Below are positions 38,400-54,265 of a stretch of 64,000 nucleotides of DNA, in pieces. Made by a program: the position numbers and the translations under genes. The stretch is from the human T2T-CHM13v2.0 reference genome, Homo sapiens, in the NCBI RefSeq assembly GCF_009914755.1, contig NC_060945.1; one strand, given 5' to 3'. The notes under the pieces were generated by a model. That model was not told the origin of the DNA, searched no databases, and was given only the letters and a program-made list of their open reading frames with translations. Every line of letters begins with the position of its first letter. Position 1 is the stretch's first letter.

Positions 38400-39320
38400 T
38401 GCTCTCTCTTCATTGTTTCGATGTCCAAGAATAAGCTATTCATATACTGTTACCTCTACCTAGAATGTCCTTCCACCTCTTCTTTTTCTAGCCAACTCTC
38501 CATCATACCCCAAGAAGACCTACTGTGTAATCACTTTTTCTCATAGAATTACTTTCTCATATAAAAAGTGATTACACTGGAGCCTTCCTTCCAGTTCTCC
38601 ATCTCTATTCTTGCAACACACTTTACATGTGCCTTTACTATAGCACTTAATACATTTCACTAAAGTTAATTAACTAGACTGTGAGTTCTTGAAATAATCT
38701 CTATTGGTCTGGAAGTCCCCAGAGCCTTATAAGCTATATTCATTCATCCATTTGTTTACTTATTTAATCATTCTTTTAACAATATTTTTCAAGAGCCCAC
38801 TATATACCAGCACTCTTTGGGCCTCCAAAGATCATCAGTGAATGACAGAGCAAGATCCCTGCTCTCTCGAAGCTTTTAATTGTAGCAGAATAAGGCCTGA
38901 CAATAAGCAAGAAACAAATAAATGAGCAAGACTGTTTCAGATGTAAATTGCAATCAATACAACATATAAGACAGGCCATGTATTAGTGTGATGGGAAGGG
39001 TACTAGAGATAGGGTGGTGAGACAAAGCCTCTATACATGGCAATATTTGAGCTGCAACTGAATGACATAAAAAACCAACATTAAGATCTGGACCCTGAGT
39101 CTATAGACCCTATAGCAGTTGGAACAAGCTTGGCATGACCAAGGAACAGAAAGAGGCTATGTGGATGGATCTTAGCAAGTAAGGAACAAAGAGTTGGAAC
39201 TGATCAGATAAAGTCTTGAATGTCATAGTAAGGAGTTTGGATTGTATTCTACTGCAATTGCAAATCACTAGAGGGCCTTAAAAATAGTGATGCAATCTAG
39301 CTGATATTTAAAAACAAACT
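38400..39320. mobile_element. L2 fragments (plus strand about 38400-38720, minus strand about 38740-39320)
   Basis: ctctacctagaatgtccttcc; cattcatccattt ... tccctgctctc; aaggagtttggattgtattct. Confidence 0.65.
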
Positions 39321-39668
39321 TGTTCTTCGGTTAATAGGGTTGAAAAAGGAAAAAAATTTGTTCCACATTTATTAAACGAATGAATAAATTATGCTCTCTT
39401 TATTTCTATATCATCAGCAAGTTCTTTGTGTTAATTTTAAAATCTGGAATTGCTGTGTCAGCATTGAGACAAGTTGGAGAAGGAAAGCTGCTACTCCTGA
39501 TTTGCTGGCATTCCTCCTCCACGAGTCTGCACTCACTTCATGGTTTTGATATTCAAGTACAGCCTATTCATACACTATTCCCTCTGCAGAGAGGATCCTT
39601 TTTCTCCTTTTTCTGCCCAACTTTTGGTCATACCCCAAAGAGGTCTACTAAGTAATCTACCTCGTAAA

Positions 39669-39884
39669 GTAGACTACATCACCTAGTTGGTGGGTGATAG
39701 CTACTAGTGCATATTTATTGACTGAATAAAGCTAATATTTCACATCTTCTACACAAGAAGGATTTGGGATCTGATATGGTAGACTACATCACCTAGTTGG
39801 TGGATGACAGCCATTAGTGCATATTTATCAACTGAGTAGAGCTAACATAGCTCAAAACTTCTACACAAGAAGGATCTAGGATCT
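39669..39884. repeat. Tandem duplication with a 110-bp period (39669-39772 and 39779-39884)
   Basis: gtagactacatcacctagttggtgg ... cttctacacaagaaggat occurs twice. Confidence 0.95.
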
Positions 39885-40219
39885 TTCTGCCCTTTCTTCT
39901 CTTCTCTCATACCCCTTCCTCCCTTTACCCCCTAAAGCAAGACAGCATTCTTAGCTGCAGATAAACTTTCCTTTGGTATAGATTGTGGCAAGAGAGTGGG
40001 CAGGTGAATTGAGATTCCCAGGGGAATCCTTGCCCCAATCTATACCAACGGAAAGTTTATCTAGCTGTCCTCGATCTAAGTCATAACCTTTAATCCAGCT
40101 TTTATGAGTGAAAAACAATATGATATTTTGGTCCCATCTCCCTGACTCGCATGTCTACACCAGAACTGGTTCTGAATTCAGAGCAAAGAAAAGGGGTTTC
40201 TGAAATCCCTGTAAGACAC

Positions 40220-40560
40220 AATGTGATACGTTTGGAAGACACTAAATTGGAAGTTTGAGGGCCTGGTAAACTTGAGATCTAGTTGCAACTCTATTGTTAA
40301 CTAGCTGTAAAACTTTAGGGCAGTCACTCAAAATCAATAACTAACATGTATTACATATCAGGCACTTGTTCAGCACTATCTAGATTATTTCATTTAACCT
40401 TCAAAACAATTCTGATTTAGATACAATTATTACCTCAATTTGCAAAAGAAAAACAGGCCAAAGAGAGTCAGTCTGAGCACCAGGATTTAAACCTAGAGAG
40501 CCTGACTCAAGAGCCTGACTCATCTTTCACCAGTTTTCTATTTTACTCATCTATAAAACA
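40220..40560. mobile_element. Nested MIR fragments in opposite orientations
   Basis: ctagctgtaaaactttagggcagtcact; tttcatttaaccttcaaaacaattctg ... caggatttaaacctag. Confidence 0.55.
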
Positions 40561-41519
40561 TACAGGTTGGACAGACATCTTCCAACACTGAATTTCCCTG
40601 ACATTTACTGCCATTACCTTTTCTGTCTTTTCAAAGATGAAATGCTCATCTTCAGTGCTCTGATTTTGACAAAATTATCTCCATTTCTCTGTTATTCCTC
40701 TGTGGAAGATGAAGCACCTCCTCTACACTATTTACTTTTGTGAATCATTCATGGATAGCACACTGTTTAGCTTGATGATTATCATTGAGTGTTTGCCACC
40801 CTCTTAAAATGAATGTAAAGTTAATTTAATCCACAAATCTGAGCTACAATATTTTCCTCAATATTCATCACTTCAAATTCGTCTCTTGTCAGAAACTGAT
40901 GACTCTTAAATCAAATCCTACATTTTTGAAATACTGAAGCTTCAACTATTCTCTCTCCAGCTCCTCTTTCTCTTCCAAGTACAACCTTCAAGTAGAAGAA
41001 TCTATTAACACCCTACATTTAGTTTCCCACCGCAGACTTCAGCGTGACCAGATGCACATTGCACTTTACTTCCTGTTACTGTCATTTGTTTTCAGGTGAG
41101 ATACATGCTGACTTTGTCCAACTATAATTATTTGGAACCCTAGCCACATACTCCTAACCAATTGTTTTGTTCAATATTATTCAAGTTCTTCGCTCAACTT
41201 TTTGTTATATGACGAAGTGGGTTGATGAGTTTTAGCAGACTCTTCATCCCAGTTTAGACATGACCATGAAAAATCAGCACATCTCATGAATGGCCACCTT
41301 GAGTTGGCTATGGGCCATCCATAACCCTCACCTTCAGAGCCGCCATCACAATTCTTGACCTCCTGGAAACTGTAGCATACTCCTCTTCCAGTCCAATATC
41401 CATTGGTCCTTCTTTTTATTTGTGAGTTAGAAAGTGTACCTTATTTTTTGAAGGTACAGATTCACACACATGAGATGAACCAGGGAACTGATGGATGGTG
41501 CTACTGAGTTCTGATTGGT

Positions 41520-41765
41520 TTTTTAATCTAATAATAACTTTCTTTAACTGACAAGTCATAGTTGTATACATTTACGGGGTATAATGTAATGTTTTGATAT
41601 GTGTATAGCATGTGGAATAATTAACTCAAGCTAATTACCATATCCATCAACTTCACCTACGTATCATTTTTCATGATGAGATATTTGAAACTTATGCTCT
41701 CATTTTCTAATATGTAAGACATTCTTATTGACTTATTGACAGCTTGGTGTGCCACAAATTTCAAA
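41520..41765 (-). mobile_element. L1MA8-like 3' end
   Basis: gttgtatacatttacggggtataatgtaatgttttgatat ... caagctaattaccatatccatc. Confidence 0.75.
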
Positions 41766-41914
41766 ATCATGTTTTCTTTTGTTTTGCAATATTTTCTCAA
41801 TCGACATTAATTTTTAATACACTAATAACAGGATCTTCTTGGTTTTTATTTCCTTCTGACTAAACCATCATGCTGAATTTTCTCTAACGTACATAATGGT
41901 CAGTAAAAATAGCT

Positions 41915-42750
<836 letters not shown>

Positions 42751-42777
42751 AATAAAAACAAAATAAGACAAAAGTTC

Positions 42778-43793
<1,016 letters not shown>

Positions 43794-44029
43794 TAATAGT
43801 TAACCTTTATTAAGTACTTGCTTTTTACCAGGTGGTATTTATCTATGTAATTTTTATGTGCTAACTCATTTAATCTACAGTAATGGAACTCAGAATTCCA
43901 TTGTCTGTCCATCAGTACAGACAATCTGATGCTGTTCTCTGGAGCAGAGTATTGGTTTAAATGTTGGCTCAGTTCATTTCTAGGTATTTTGTTTTATTTC
44001 TTCTGGGTTTTGTTCTTCTGTTTTCACTT

Positions 44030-44175
44030 TGTTATTTCTCAGTTTACTTTTTATAAAATGAAGGCGATAATAGTAGCTACTTCATAGGTTAGTGGCAAGG
44101 ATTAAACACGAAAATACTTATAAAGTACTTACCATAATGCCTAAAACATAGTAAGTGCTCAATAAATCTTTACTA
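44030..44175 (+). mobile_element. MIR
   Basis: ctcagttt ... ataaaatgaaggcgataatagtag ... catagtaagtgctcaataaat. Confidence 0.75.
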
Positions 44176-44549
44176 AATTATAGTTTCTGTCTTATCTTGC
44201 CTACAAATAGGCATCTTTTGTAAACAGAAGCATTGCAAAATAGTCCACGAGCTCTTTCACATCCATATATTAGAAACTAAATCAAAGAGAGCAGCATATC
44301 ATGTTCCACAAAGGAATGAATGAATTAATTTTGCACTAGAGAAGAATATCATCCTAACAAGTGAAGATGGTGATTAGATAATGGTAAGAATGCATACAGA
44401 CAAATTTAAAACAACCAAAATATACATCTTGGTTATCAGCATAAGGCTTTCTGGAAAAAAAAAAATCAAGAGAAAGGGATAAGTGCAATGATGCTCCTCT
44501 CTGAATCCTGACATTTGTGACAGCTGTGTATTTTCACATGCATCACAGA

Positions 44550-45148
<599 letters not shown>

Positions 45149-46083
45149 TCAAAATTCTGCTCAATTTTTCCTCAATTTTCTTCAAAGTACATCCACCTCT
45201 TTCTCTCCAGGACTCAAATGCACACAACCTAGCCCCTGGTAATTCAAAGCCCTCCTTGAAAAATACTCCATCTAGACCAAGCTTCTCCCCATCATAGATC
45301 CTCTCCTTTGAATCTTTACAAAATTTACTTGTGCTATGTTTCATTTCACTTAATGTAAAAAAAATGTAATCCTTTCTAATAGGTAATAATGAGTGAACTT
45401 TTTCAGATAACATTTCTGATTTTAACAGAGCCTTCTGAATTCTGCTTTAAGCCTAGTGAAGTGACACAGTGGTATAAACTTCCAGCACTATATTTGCCAA
45501 CTGAGAGATGTTTTCAATCAGAAAAATATTGTCATTCTCAATCACAGCAATTATATGACTGTCCACTCTACTCTGAATATTTAGGAGCTGTAAATTGCAA
45601 AACAGAAAATAATTCTCTTTTCTACTCTTTCATCTCCAAATAAAGGGAAAAAATGGAGAACTAAAAGAAGGAATATGTTTTGATTCTTCTGTTGGATTTT
45701 AATTTCCCCTGGGAATGGTCAGGAAGCTGCTATGTGCAAGCCATCCTCCTCTATTTTGAAAAACTCTGTATTTTCCAATACTCTATAAGTCAATGAGATA
45801 GTTCCCTCCCCAACCCCCACCTTGAATTTCCCTTATTGACTCCAGGGGCAACCACATGGTACACATGCATATATGTACACAAGTGTGCACACTCCAATGA
45901 ACACATATGCATAGGCTGCATTGCCATCCCTATGCTAGCATATAGCATATTTCCTCAAATTAAAAAAAAAAAAACTAGTTCTGATGCCCCAAAATGCAGA
46001 ATCTGAACCTCAGTGGTAGCCTTGGAATTACAAAAAAAAGAAATTAATTAAAAACAGAGACCAGTCTCAGTTACAGAATCTCA

Positions 46084-46434
<351 letters not shown>

Positions 46435-47619
46435 TGTAAGTAAAGTAATATCCCAAGCTCTGTTTAGAAGACCAGCTACCCCTGTAGTGGTATGCTGTTG
46501 CAACCAACTGAATAACTCACTTAATCTGCACTTGTACTTTAGTGCAAAATGGTAGTGGGAGTGTAATCAGTAGAGAGAAGTGAGTCTTTGACTGTAGGAA
46601 ATTATTGAGTGGTGGTTAACCCCAAAGGTCCAAACCCCTGACCTTCTCCCTCCAAAGGCATCTGGCCTGCTGAACATTGACAATGGCATAGACCCATTAG
46701 GGTTTAACACCCTCCCACTGGATCAGGGTGTTCCAGGCATTTTCTGGCACTGGATATTCCCCCAAAACAGCAGCATCAATACATCCAGATAGAACCAATG
46801 CCAACTTTTCCTAGAACACACATACCAGTCATGGGACGGGGAAGGAATGTAAATTCTTGCCATCATAAAATCACAAAAAGATGACTGGGAAACATTCTAA
46901 AGATTGGTTTCAAGCTGTATCTGATGATGCAAACCCGCACTAATCAATGACTCAGAAAGTCTCAGATACAAGTGATTGCTCATGCACAAAAAAGCATTTC
47001 CAAGGGAGCTGAATCCATTGAGACTGAAGAATAGATCAGGATATCCAATATAGATCTTTCAGCTGCCTTTGATCTCTGGGCAGAAAGGACTGTTTAACAC
47101 ACTTTTTAAGCTTCTTCAATATTTGGGAATTCTTATGGATAACCTATACGTGGGTACCCTCTAGTCACTAGATTCTTCAATTCCCCAGTGTGGCCAGGTG
47201 GGCTCATTAGACAAGAGCCAAATGTTATCAGTCTCACATAGCACAGTTCAACGCCTCCACACTGACCAGGCGGTCTGTCTTGCTCAGCCTCCTAATTCCT
47301 CCTGGCAGAAGTGCAGAAGTTCTCCTTGGCCCCACTCACCACATTTACACACAAACCTTGGTGCCTTCCACACATTTGCTCTTCAATCCAACCGAAAACA
47401 GTCTCACTCTTTCGTGGATGTCTGCAACGTGAAGAGAAGTACAGGATAGGACTCTGGCTGCTGAACCTGTGCAGAAAAGAAAAAATCAAGTTGAATTTCT
47501 GCACACCCACAGCTCAAGGCAGTACTGCCCATGATCTGGACAAGAGGTCCCCCGTTCTGCACCCTGTGCTCACTCTAGCCCCCTTCCTGCCACACGCCAC
47601 ACCAGAAAGCAAGAAGCTT

Positions 47620-48160
47620 ATGGAGCCAAACTTGTCATGTGGAAGCTGTGCCTCCTTTTGTAGACCCTGCACTGGGAATCTGGACCCTGGATTTTCCTGC
47701 CCAGACATCCTTGAACCCACTTCCAAGGCTGGAATGGAACGTTTCACCAGGTGTGCCTCCTAAAAGTGGATGGCACTGGTCATTTGCTCATCCCAGGCCA
47801 GAGGAGTGGCTAAGGAGCTGCTGTATTTAAGGACTATGGACCCAGCTCTGGAGTATGACCTGGAGTGTCCATACACATAGAGGGAGATCTCTCTCAGTAC
47901 CAGAGGAGCCTAGTGGTGGGGAGAAAAGGGGAGCAGGCAGGGTCCAGGCTCAGTTTTCCCAAAGCTGCCACATTTCATCAAAGAACTCTGAGAAGCTTGA
48001 CAGTCAAAAATTTGCACATAGCCTCCCAGGTCAACATAAAGGTATATTTGTCAAGATAAGAGAACAGAACAGATTTTATTTAACAGATTACTAGTTTGAG
48101 TTATAATTTTAAAATATTTAAATATATGGTTTGTGGGCTTCAACATGTACTCTTGTTCTA
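47620..48160. mobile_element. Probable ancient hAT-Tip100-type DNA transposon remnant (family uncertain)
   Basis: Reverse complement caagagtaca ... ctgttaaataaaatctgttct ... cttgacaaatatacctt resembles a recalled hAT fossil consensus. Confidence 0.4.
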
Positions 48161-48321
48161 AAGACAATATTGGGCCAGAACTGCTGAAATGTATTTTTGC
48201 TTAATGTTGTTTTCTTCAGAAACCAACTTCTGCAGGGGATCTATTTCTAAGAAGTCTCAAGTTCACAATAAAACTCTTTAAGCCTAGGGCCAACAACATT
48301 GCTCTTCAAAATAGCATGATG

Positions 48322-49174
48322 GACACTTCTCAAAAGAAGACACATATGCAGTCAACAAACATATGAAGAAAAGCTCAATATCACTGATCATTAGAGAAAT
48401 GCAAATCAAAACCACAATGAGATACCATCTCACACCAATCAGAATGGCTATCATTAAAAGTCAAAAACAACAGATGCTGGCGAGGTTGTGGAGAAAAAAT
48501 GAATGCTTTTACACTGTTGGTGGGAGTGTAAATTAGTTCAACCATTGTGGAAGACAGTGTGGCAATTCCTCAAAGACCTAGAGAGAGAAATACCATGTGA
48601 CCCAACAATCCCATTACTGGATATATACCCAAAGGAATATAAATCATTCATATCAAGACTAGTGCACATGTATGTTCACTGCAGCGCTATTCACAATAGC
48701 AAAGACATGGAATCAACCTAAATGTCAATCAGTGATAGACTAGATAAAGAAAACGTGGTACATATACGCCATGGAATACTATGCAGCCATAAAAAGGAAT
48801 GACATCATGTCCTTTGCAGGAACATTGATGGAGCTGGAGGCCATTATCCTTAGCAAATTAATGCAGGAATAGAAAACCAAATACTGCATGTTCTCACTTA
48901 TAAGTGGGAGCTAAATAATGAGAACAAATGGACACGTGGAAGGGAACAACACACACTGGGGCCTGTCAGAAGGTGGGGGGGTGAGAGGAGGGAGGGCATC
49001 AAGGAGAATAGCTAATGGGTGCTGGGCTTAATACCTAGGGGATGGAATGATCTGTGCAGCAAACCACCATGGCACACATTTACCTATGTAACAAACCTGC
49101 ACATCCTGCACATGTACCCCTGAACTTAAATTTTTAAAAAATAAAATAAAAATATAAAAGTAACAGGATTAAAA
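48322..49174 (+). mobile_element. 5'-truncated L1PA (about L1PA13)
   Basis: ORF2 end plus 3'UTR to gtacccctgaacttaaa; 14-bp TSD aaaatagcatga(t/c)g. Confidence 0.94.
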
Positions 49175-49716
49175 AAAATAGCATGACGCCCAATAAGCAC
49201 CATTTCCATCAATCCTGATACGTGATGTGCCTCAGGCAATCTCCAGTACTCAATCCTGAATCGGCCACATTCTCTGCTAACCCAACCCTTGTGTCACATT
49301 CTAAGACTCCACTGATATCAAATGCAATTGAATAAAATAAATTCCCATTGTGCTGTGCATCACAGAAACATAGATTGACAGGAATAAAATGAATAATCAT
49401 GTCCACTTTCCACTTCTGCCTCCTCCCATTGAGGAGCATTATGCTATTTAAAATCCTAAGGAAGTCCCAGTTTATTATGAAGCTCAAGGTAACAAGTAAG
49501 AAAGAAATACTAAAAAGGCTAGCTGAGTGGATTTACACTAGAAAGAGCAGAGATATGCTAGAGACATGAAATGATGAATTGGAAAGGAAGCAGGGGAATA
49601 TGAGAAAAACAACTTGAGAGACAGAATTTGGGGATGGGGTCTGGGCAGAGTTGGGAGTGAGAGAGGAGGGAGATTTGGGAGCAGCTGCCATGTGTATGAA
49701 CTATTGAGAAAGACAT

Positions 49717-50612
49717 GCCGTAGTGGATTAAAGATGGCCATAAACATTGCTACTACATCTACCAAGAGGGAGAGTGTAAGTCCATTCCTGCTGCTATAAC
49801 AAAGTACTTTAGACTGAGTATTTATACACAACAGAAATTTATTTCTCACAGTTCTAGAAACTGGAAAGTCCAAGATCAAGATGCTGGCAGACTGAATGTT
49901 TGGCAAAGGCCCATTCCTTATAGACAGTGTCTTCTTTCATGGGAAGGAAGGGACAAATGCTGTGTCCTTACATGAGGGAAGGTGGAAAAAAGGGAACATG
50001 GCTTTTCCTTCAACCTCTTTTATAAGAGAACTAACCCCACAAAGTGCCACCTTCATAACGATCATTTTCCAGAAGGGCCTACCTCTTAATATTGTCACAT
50101 TGGGTCTCAGATTCCCACACGAATTTTGGAGGGACACATTCAGACCATAGCAGAGAGTATCCCTCAACTCCTTTAACTCTGAGATAGCTTGCATATTTGC
50201 TTTGGCCAATAGAACGTGAGGGAAGTGATGTTATGTAACTTCTGAAAGTGGTCCTAAAGAGATCTGAAGGTGCCTTTTTCATGTACTTGGAGGACTCCCT
50301 CTTAGAACTGAGCTCCCATGCTGTGAGAAGCCCAAGCCTCGTTGAGTAGCCATAGTAAGGAAAACTGAGACATTCTGATGGACAATCTCAGTTGTGCTCC
50401 TGGCTGCCAACTGCCAACCATGGGAATGAGCCATCTTGGGTGTTCCAGCCCAAATGAGCCTCCAAAAGACTGAGCCCCAGCCAACTGCACAAGAACTGAA
50501 ATCACCCAATTGATCTCATCAACCCATAGAATTGCACTAGATAATAGCCAGTGATTGATATTTTCAGTCACTGATTTGAGGGTGGTTTGCTACACAGCAA
50601 TAGATAATGAAA
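49717..50612 (+). mobile_element. MLT1G/H-type LTR, interrupted by a younger MaLR LTR
   Basis: gtggattaaagatggcc ... gctttggccaataga ... ggtggtttgctacacagcaatagataa. Confidence 0.75.
49775..50152 (-). mobile_element. MSTC/MSTD/MLT1A-type solo LTR
   Basis: tgtaagtccattcctgctgctataac ... cattcagaccatagca; perfect TSD GAGAG. Confidence 0.88.
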
Positions 50613-51486
50613 AGATGGGGAAAGAGGATTTTAAGACATTTCACTGGGCATTATGGATATATTCTCTTTATTGTGTGTTCTCAAGAGATTATAAGAAAAT
50701 TAATTTCCTTTTCAATTATTTCTGCACATCAGCTTAGCGTTGAGATGAAGTGGATAAAGACACATAGGTTTCTTATGGAATATACGTGTAATGCCAACCA
50801 GAAGTTCTGAAATAATTAGCACAGAAATCATGCTTTTCATACACATGCAGTAAAATCTAGATTTTCATGCTAACATTCAAAAGAATTTTTTTAAAAATAC
50901 AGCAAATTTAAAAAGAAAATATACCTTGGAGAAAAATCTCCAATGACTCATAAAATTTGAAATAACTAAAAATTGTCAAAATTCCGTGGCTAGCTCCATA
51001 TTTCTCTCCAAAAACCACTACCCACCAACCCCCTTTAACTGTAAACCATGTAGAAACTAAGGATCTCCAAATGGTGTACTATCCTTAACAGAACACCCAG
51101 GTTCAGCATCTAGACCTACTATAAATATCTGTTAACAAAACCTGGGCTCCTCAGCATGTCAGTCTCTCAAAGAACCACATGTTAACATATTTGAGAGAGG
51201 TTTAAAGCACTCAGACAGCCATCCCATTCTAGTTGAGGTGACCATCGTACACTGTGGGACTCCTTCCTCTCTAACCAATCATTTTGGCTTGGAAACACCC
51301 ACAGCTGCTGTGAGTCCGTTCTCTTTAACAACAATATGCAATGCTGCCAAGTTTGGATTGAGTGGGGTTGTTACTTTCTATATGCAATTCAGATCTCTGG
51401 CATATTTGCATCCTAGACTATCCCACCTACATGGTTTAAAGATATTTAACTTTAGTCATAGCAGAGCCAGATAAGCATTTAGCCAC

Positions 51487-52273
51487 TGTATTAGTTCATT
51501 TTCATGAACACTGTATTAGTTCATTTTCATGCTGCCAATAAAGACATACCCAAGACTGGGTAATTTATAAAGGAAAGAGGTTTAATTGATTCACAGTTCC
51601 TCATGGCTGAAGAGTCCTCAGGAAACTTACATCATGGCAGAAAGGGAAGGAAACATATCCTTCTTTACATGGCAACAGAAAGGAGAAGTGCAGAGTGAAG
51701 CTGGGGAAGCCCTTTATAAAACCATCAGATCTTGTGAGAACTCACTATCATGAGAACAGCATGGAGATTTCAGTTGGAACACAGCCAAACCACATCCTTC
51801 CACCCCTGGCCCATCCCAAATCTCACGTCCTCACATTTCAAAACCAATCATGCCTTCCCAATAGTCCCCAAAGTCTTAACTCATTTCAGCATTAACTCAA
51901 AAGACCACAGTCCAATGTCTCATCTAAAAAAATGAAAAGACATACCAGAGACTGGGTAAGACTAAGTAACTTATAAAGGAAAGAGGTTTAATTGACTCAC
52001 AGTTCCACATCACTGAGGAGGCCTCACAATCATGGTGGAAGGTAATGAGTGAGCAAAGCCACACCTTACATGGCAGCAGGCAATGGAGCTTGTGCAGGGG
52101 AACTCCCATTTATAAAACCATCAGATCTAGTGAGAATTACTCACTACCATGAGAACAGTATATGGGAAACATCCCCATGATTCAATTGTCTCCACCTGGC
52201 CCCCACCCTTGACACATGGGAATTATTACAATTTAAGGTGAGATTTGGGTGGGGACATAGCCAAACAATATCA
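51487..52273 (-). mobile_element. Rearranged THE1: LTR (51487-51795), ~130 bp of internal sequence, second LTR (~51935-52273)
   Basis: Two LTR bodies separated by THE1-int 3' sequence cccaaatctcacgtcctcacatttcaaaacc. Confidence 0.88.
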
Positions 52274-53214
52274 CACATCTTCTTTCAAGCAGAAATTGTG
52301 GGTTTGAGGCTGAATCAATGTATTTGTCCACCCATCAGATGAACTACTTGGTGGTATTATAGAAAACCTAGTCTCTCTTCTCCATGAGCAGAATGGCTGC
52401 ATCTCCAACTCCAGAGGTTCTAGATCCTGACCCAAACTTCATGGTCCACAGGAATCAACTGGAGTTTAGAAGATCCAGACACTGCCTCATATACTGATTT
52501 CTGCAAAAATGAACCAATCATTTCCTCAGTCACCTCCAGGAAAGCACCATCAATAACTGGATCGTATGTAATCCAACCACAAACTGAACTATCTCTTTGA
52601 ATGGTAGAAACACCTCAATGCATAATGTAGGCTTTAACTAGAACCTTAGACACGGTATCAGAATAAGGCTACTAACTTGGTTCCTCCTCAAATCAATTTT
52701 ATTTAAATATTTGTTCAACATTCCCTTAGCAGGAATATGATGATATTAAATTTCCATTCTCAAAAATTATATAAAACATATATATATAGTGTGTTTTATT
52801 TAAATGAGAAAATTTATTTAAAACATATATGAAACCATTTGCTATGTAAATAAAGTAAACCACATGTTCCTGGTAAACTGCACTACAGTGTGCCTTAATT
52901 GGGCGACATGTATAAAGCCATCATTCATATTAGAGTTTCAGTCAAGGAATTAAGTCCAACAACTTCAATAACTCAAGTTTGTCACCTGCTGTATCAGTTA
53001 GGATTGCATTTGATTGAGTGGCTTAATTATACTATACTGGCTTTTTTAAAATTACAAAGAGACTATGTACAGAGTGGTTTAAATTATTAAAGTATTGTGG
53101 TTAATCCCAGTCTCCCCACTGATTTGTACTAAATCTCTGCCCTGCTCTGTTTCCCAAGAGGCTGACCTTCATGGGCAGCCATACTCAAGATCTTCTGCCC
53201 TCTGGCTTAGGTGA

Positions 53215-53586
53215 TGAAATGGTTAGGCTTTGTGTCCCTACCCAAATCTCATCATGAATTGTAATCCCCAGGTATTCAGGGAGAGACCTGGTGGGAAATG
53301 ATGGGATTATGGGGGTGGTTTCCCCCATGCTGTTCTCATGATAGTCAGTAAATTCTCATGAGATATGGATGGCTATAGTGTTTGGCAAGTTCCTCCTTCG
53401 CTCACTGTTCTCTCTCCTGCCACCCTGTGAAGAAGGTCCTTGCTTTCCCTTTGCCTTCAGCCATAATTGTAAGTTTCCTGAGGCCTCCCCAGCCATGTGG
53501 AACTGTGAGTCAATTAAACCTCCTTCCTTTATAAATTACCCAGTCTCATGTAGTATCTTATAGCAGTGTAAGAATGGGCTAATAGA
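53215..53586 (+). mobile_element. THE1D-type solo LTR
   Basis: tgaaatggttaggctttgtgtccc ... gggctaataga; TSD ggtga/ggtgg. Confidence 0.9.
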
Positions 53587-53836
53587 GGTGGGAAGAGAAA
53601 GGATCACATATTGATCTCCCATAGTGTCTTCCCCACCACTCCCATGCCTCCTGCCCTTATTGGCACAGCTGTAATTCTGGCAATTACTTTCTTCTATAGC
53701 CACAAGTTTTATGAGGCAGCTCCTCTTCTCTGACTCAAGTTCTTGCTGGCTCCAGTGAACACTGTTTCCTTCCTTAATCCTTCTCACTTCCCAGCATTTC
53801 TAGTCCTTGGGTGTTGTATCATCTCTTATTAATTCC

Positions 53837-54265
53837 TATAATGGTTAATTTTATGCATATATTTGGTTGCGCCATGGGATGCCCAGGTATTTGGTCAAAC
53901 TTTATTACAGGTTTTCTGTGAAGGTGTTTCTGGATGAGATTAATGTTTAAATCAGTAAACTGTGTAAAGTGGATGATCCTCCATAATGTGGGTGGCTCTC
54001 ATCCAATCATTTGAAGTCCTGCACAGAACAAAAGACTGACCCTTCCCAAGGAACAGAGAATTCTCCTTCCTGACAGCCTTCAAACTGAAACATCAGCCTT
54101 TTGTGGCTCTACGGTAGCCATCCAGCCTTTGGACTGGAACTAGGACATTGGCTCTGCAAACTTTGGACTTGCCAGCTTCCACAATCGTGTGAGCAATTCC
54201 TTATAATAAACCTCTTTTTAAAAATCTTCTATTGGTTCCATTTCTCTGGAGAACCCTGAAATATA
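53837..54265 (+). mobile_element. MLT2C/D solo LTR
   Basis: tataatggttaattttatg ... tttctctggagaaccctga; TSD attcc/gttcc. Confidence 0.88.

Noticed and set aside
39669-39884. CRISPR-like or array-type repeat
   Set aside because: Only two ~104-bp copies with no repeat-spacer structure, in eukaryotic DNA
40560-41500. Possible processed pseudogene on the minus strand
   Set aside because: No sustained ORF or recognisable protein on inspection of the reverse complement; part of it resembles decayed L2
47311-47763. Longest ORF in the track (150 aa, plus strand)
   Set aside because: GTG start, no recognisable homology, runs into a probable DNA-transposon fossil, and the strong splice signals here are on the opposite strand
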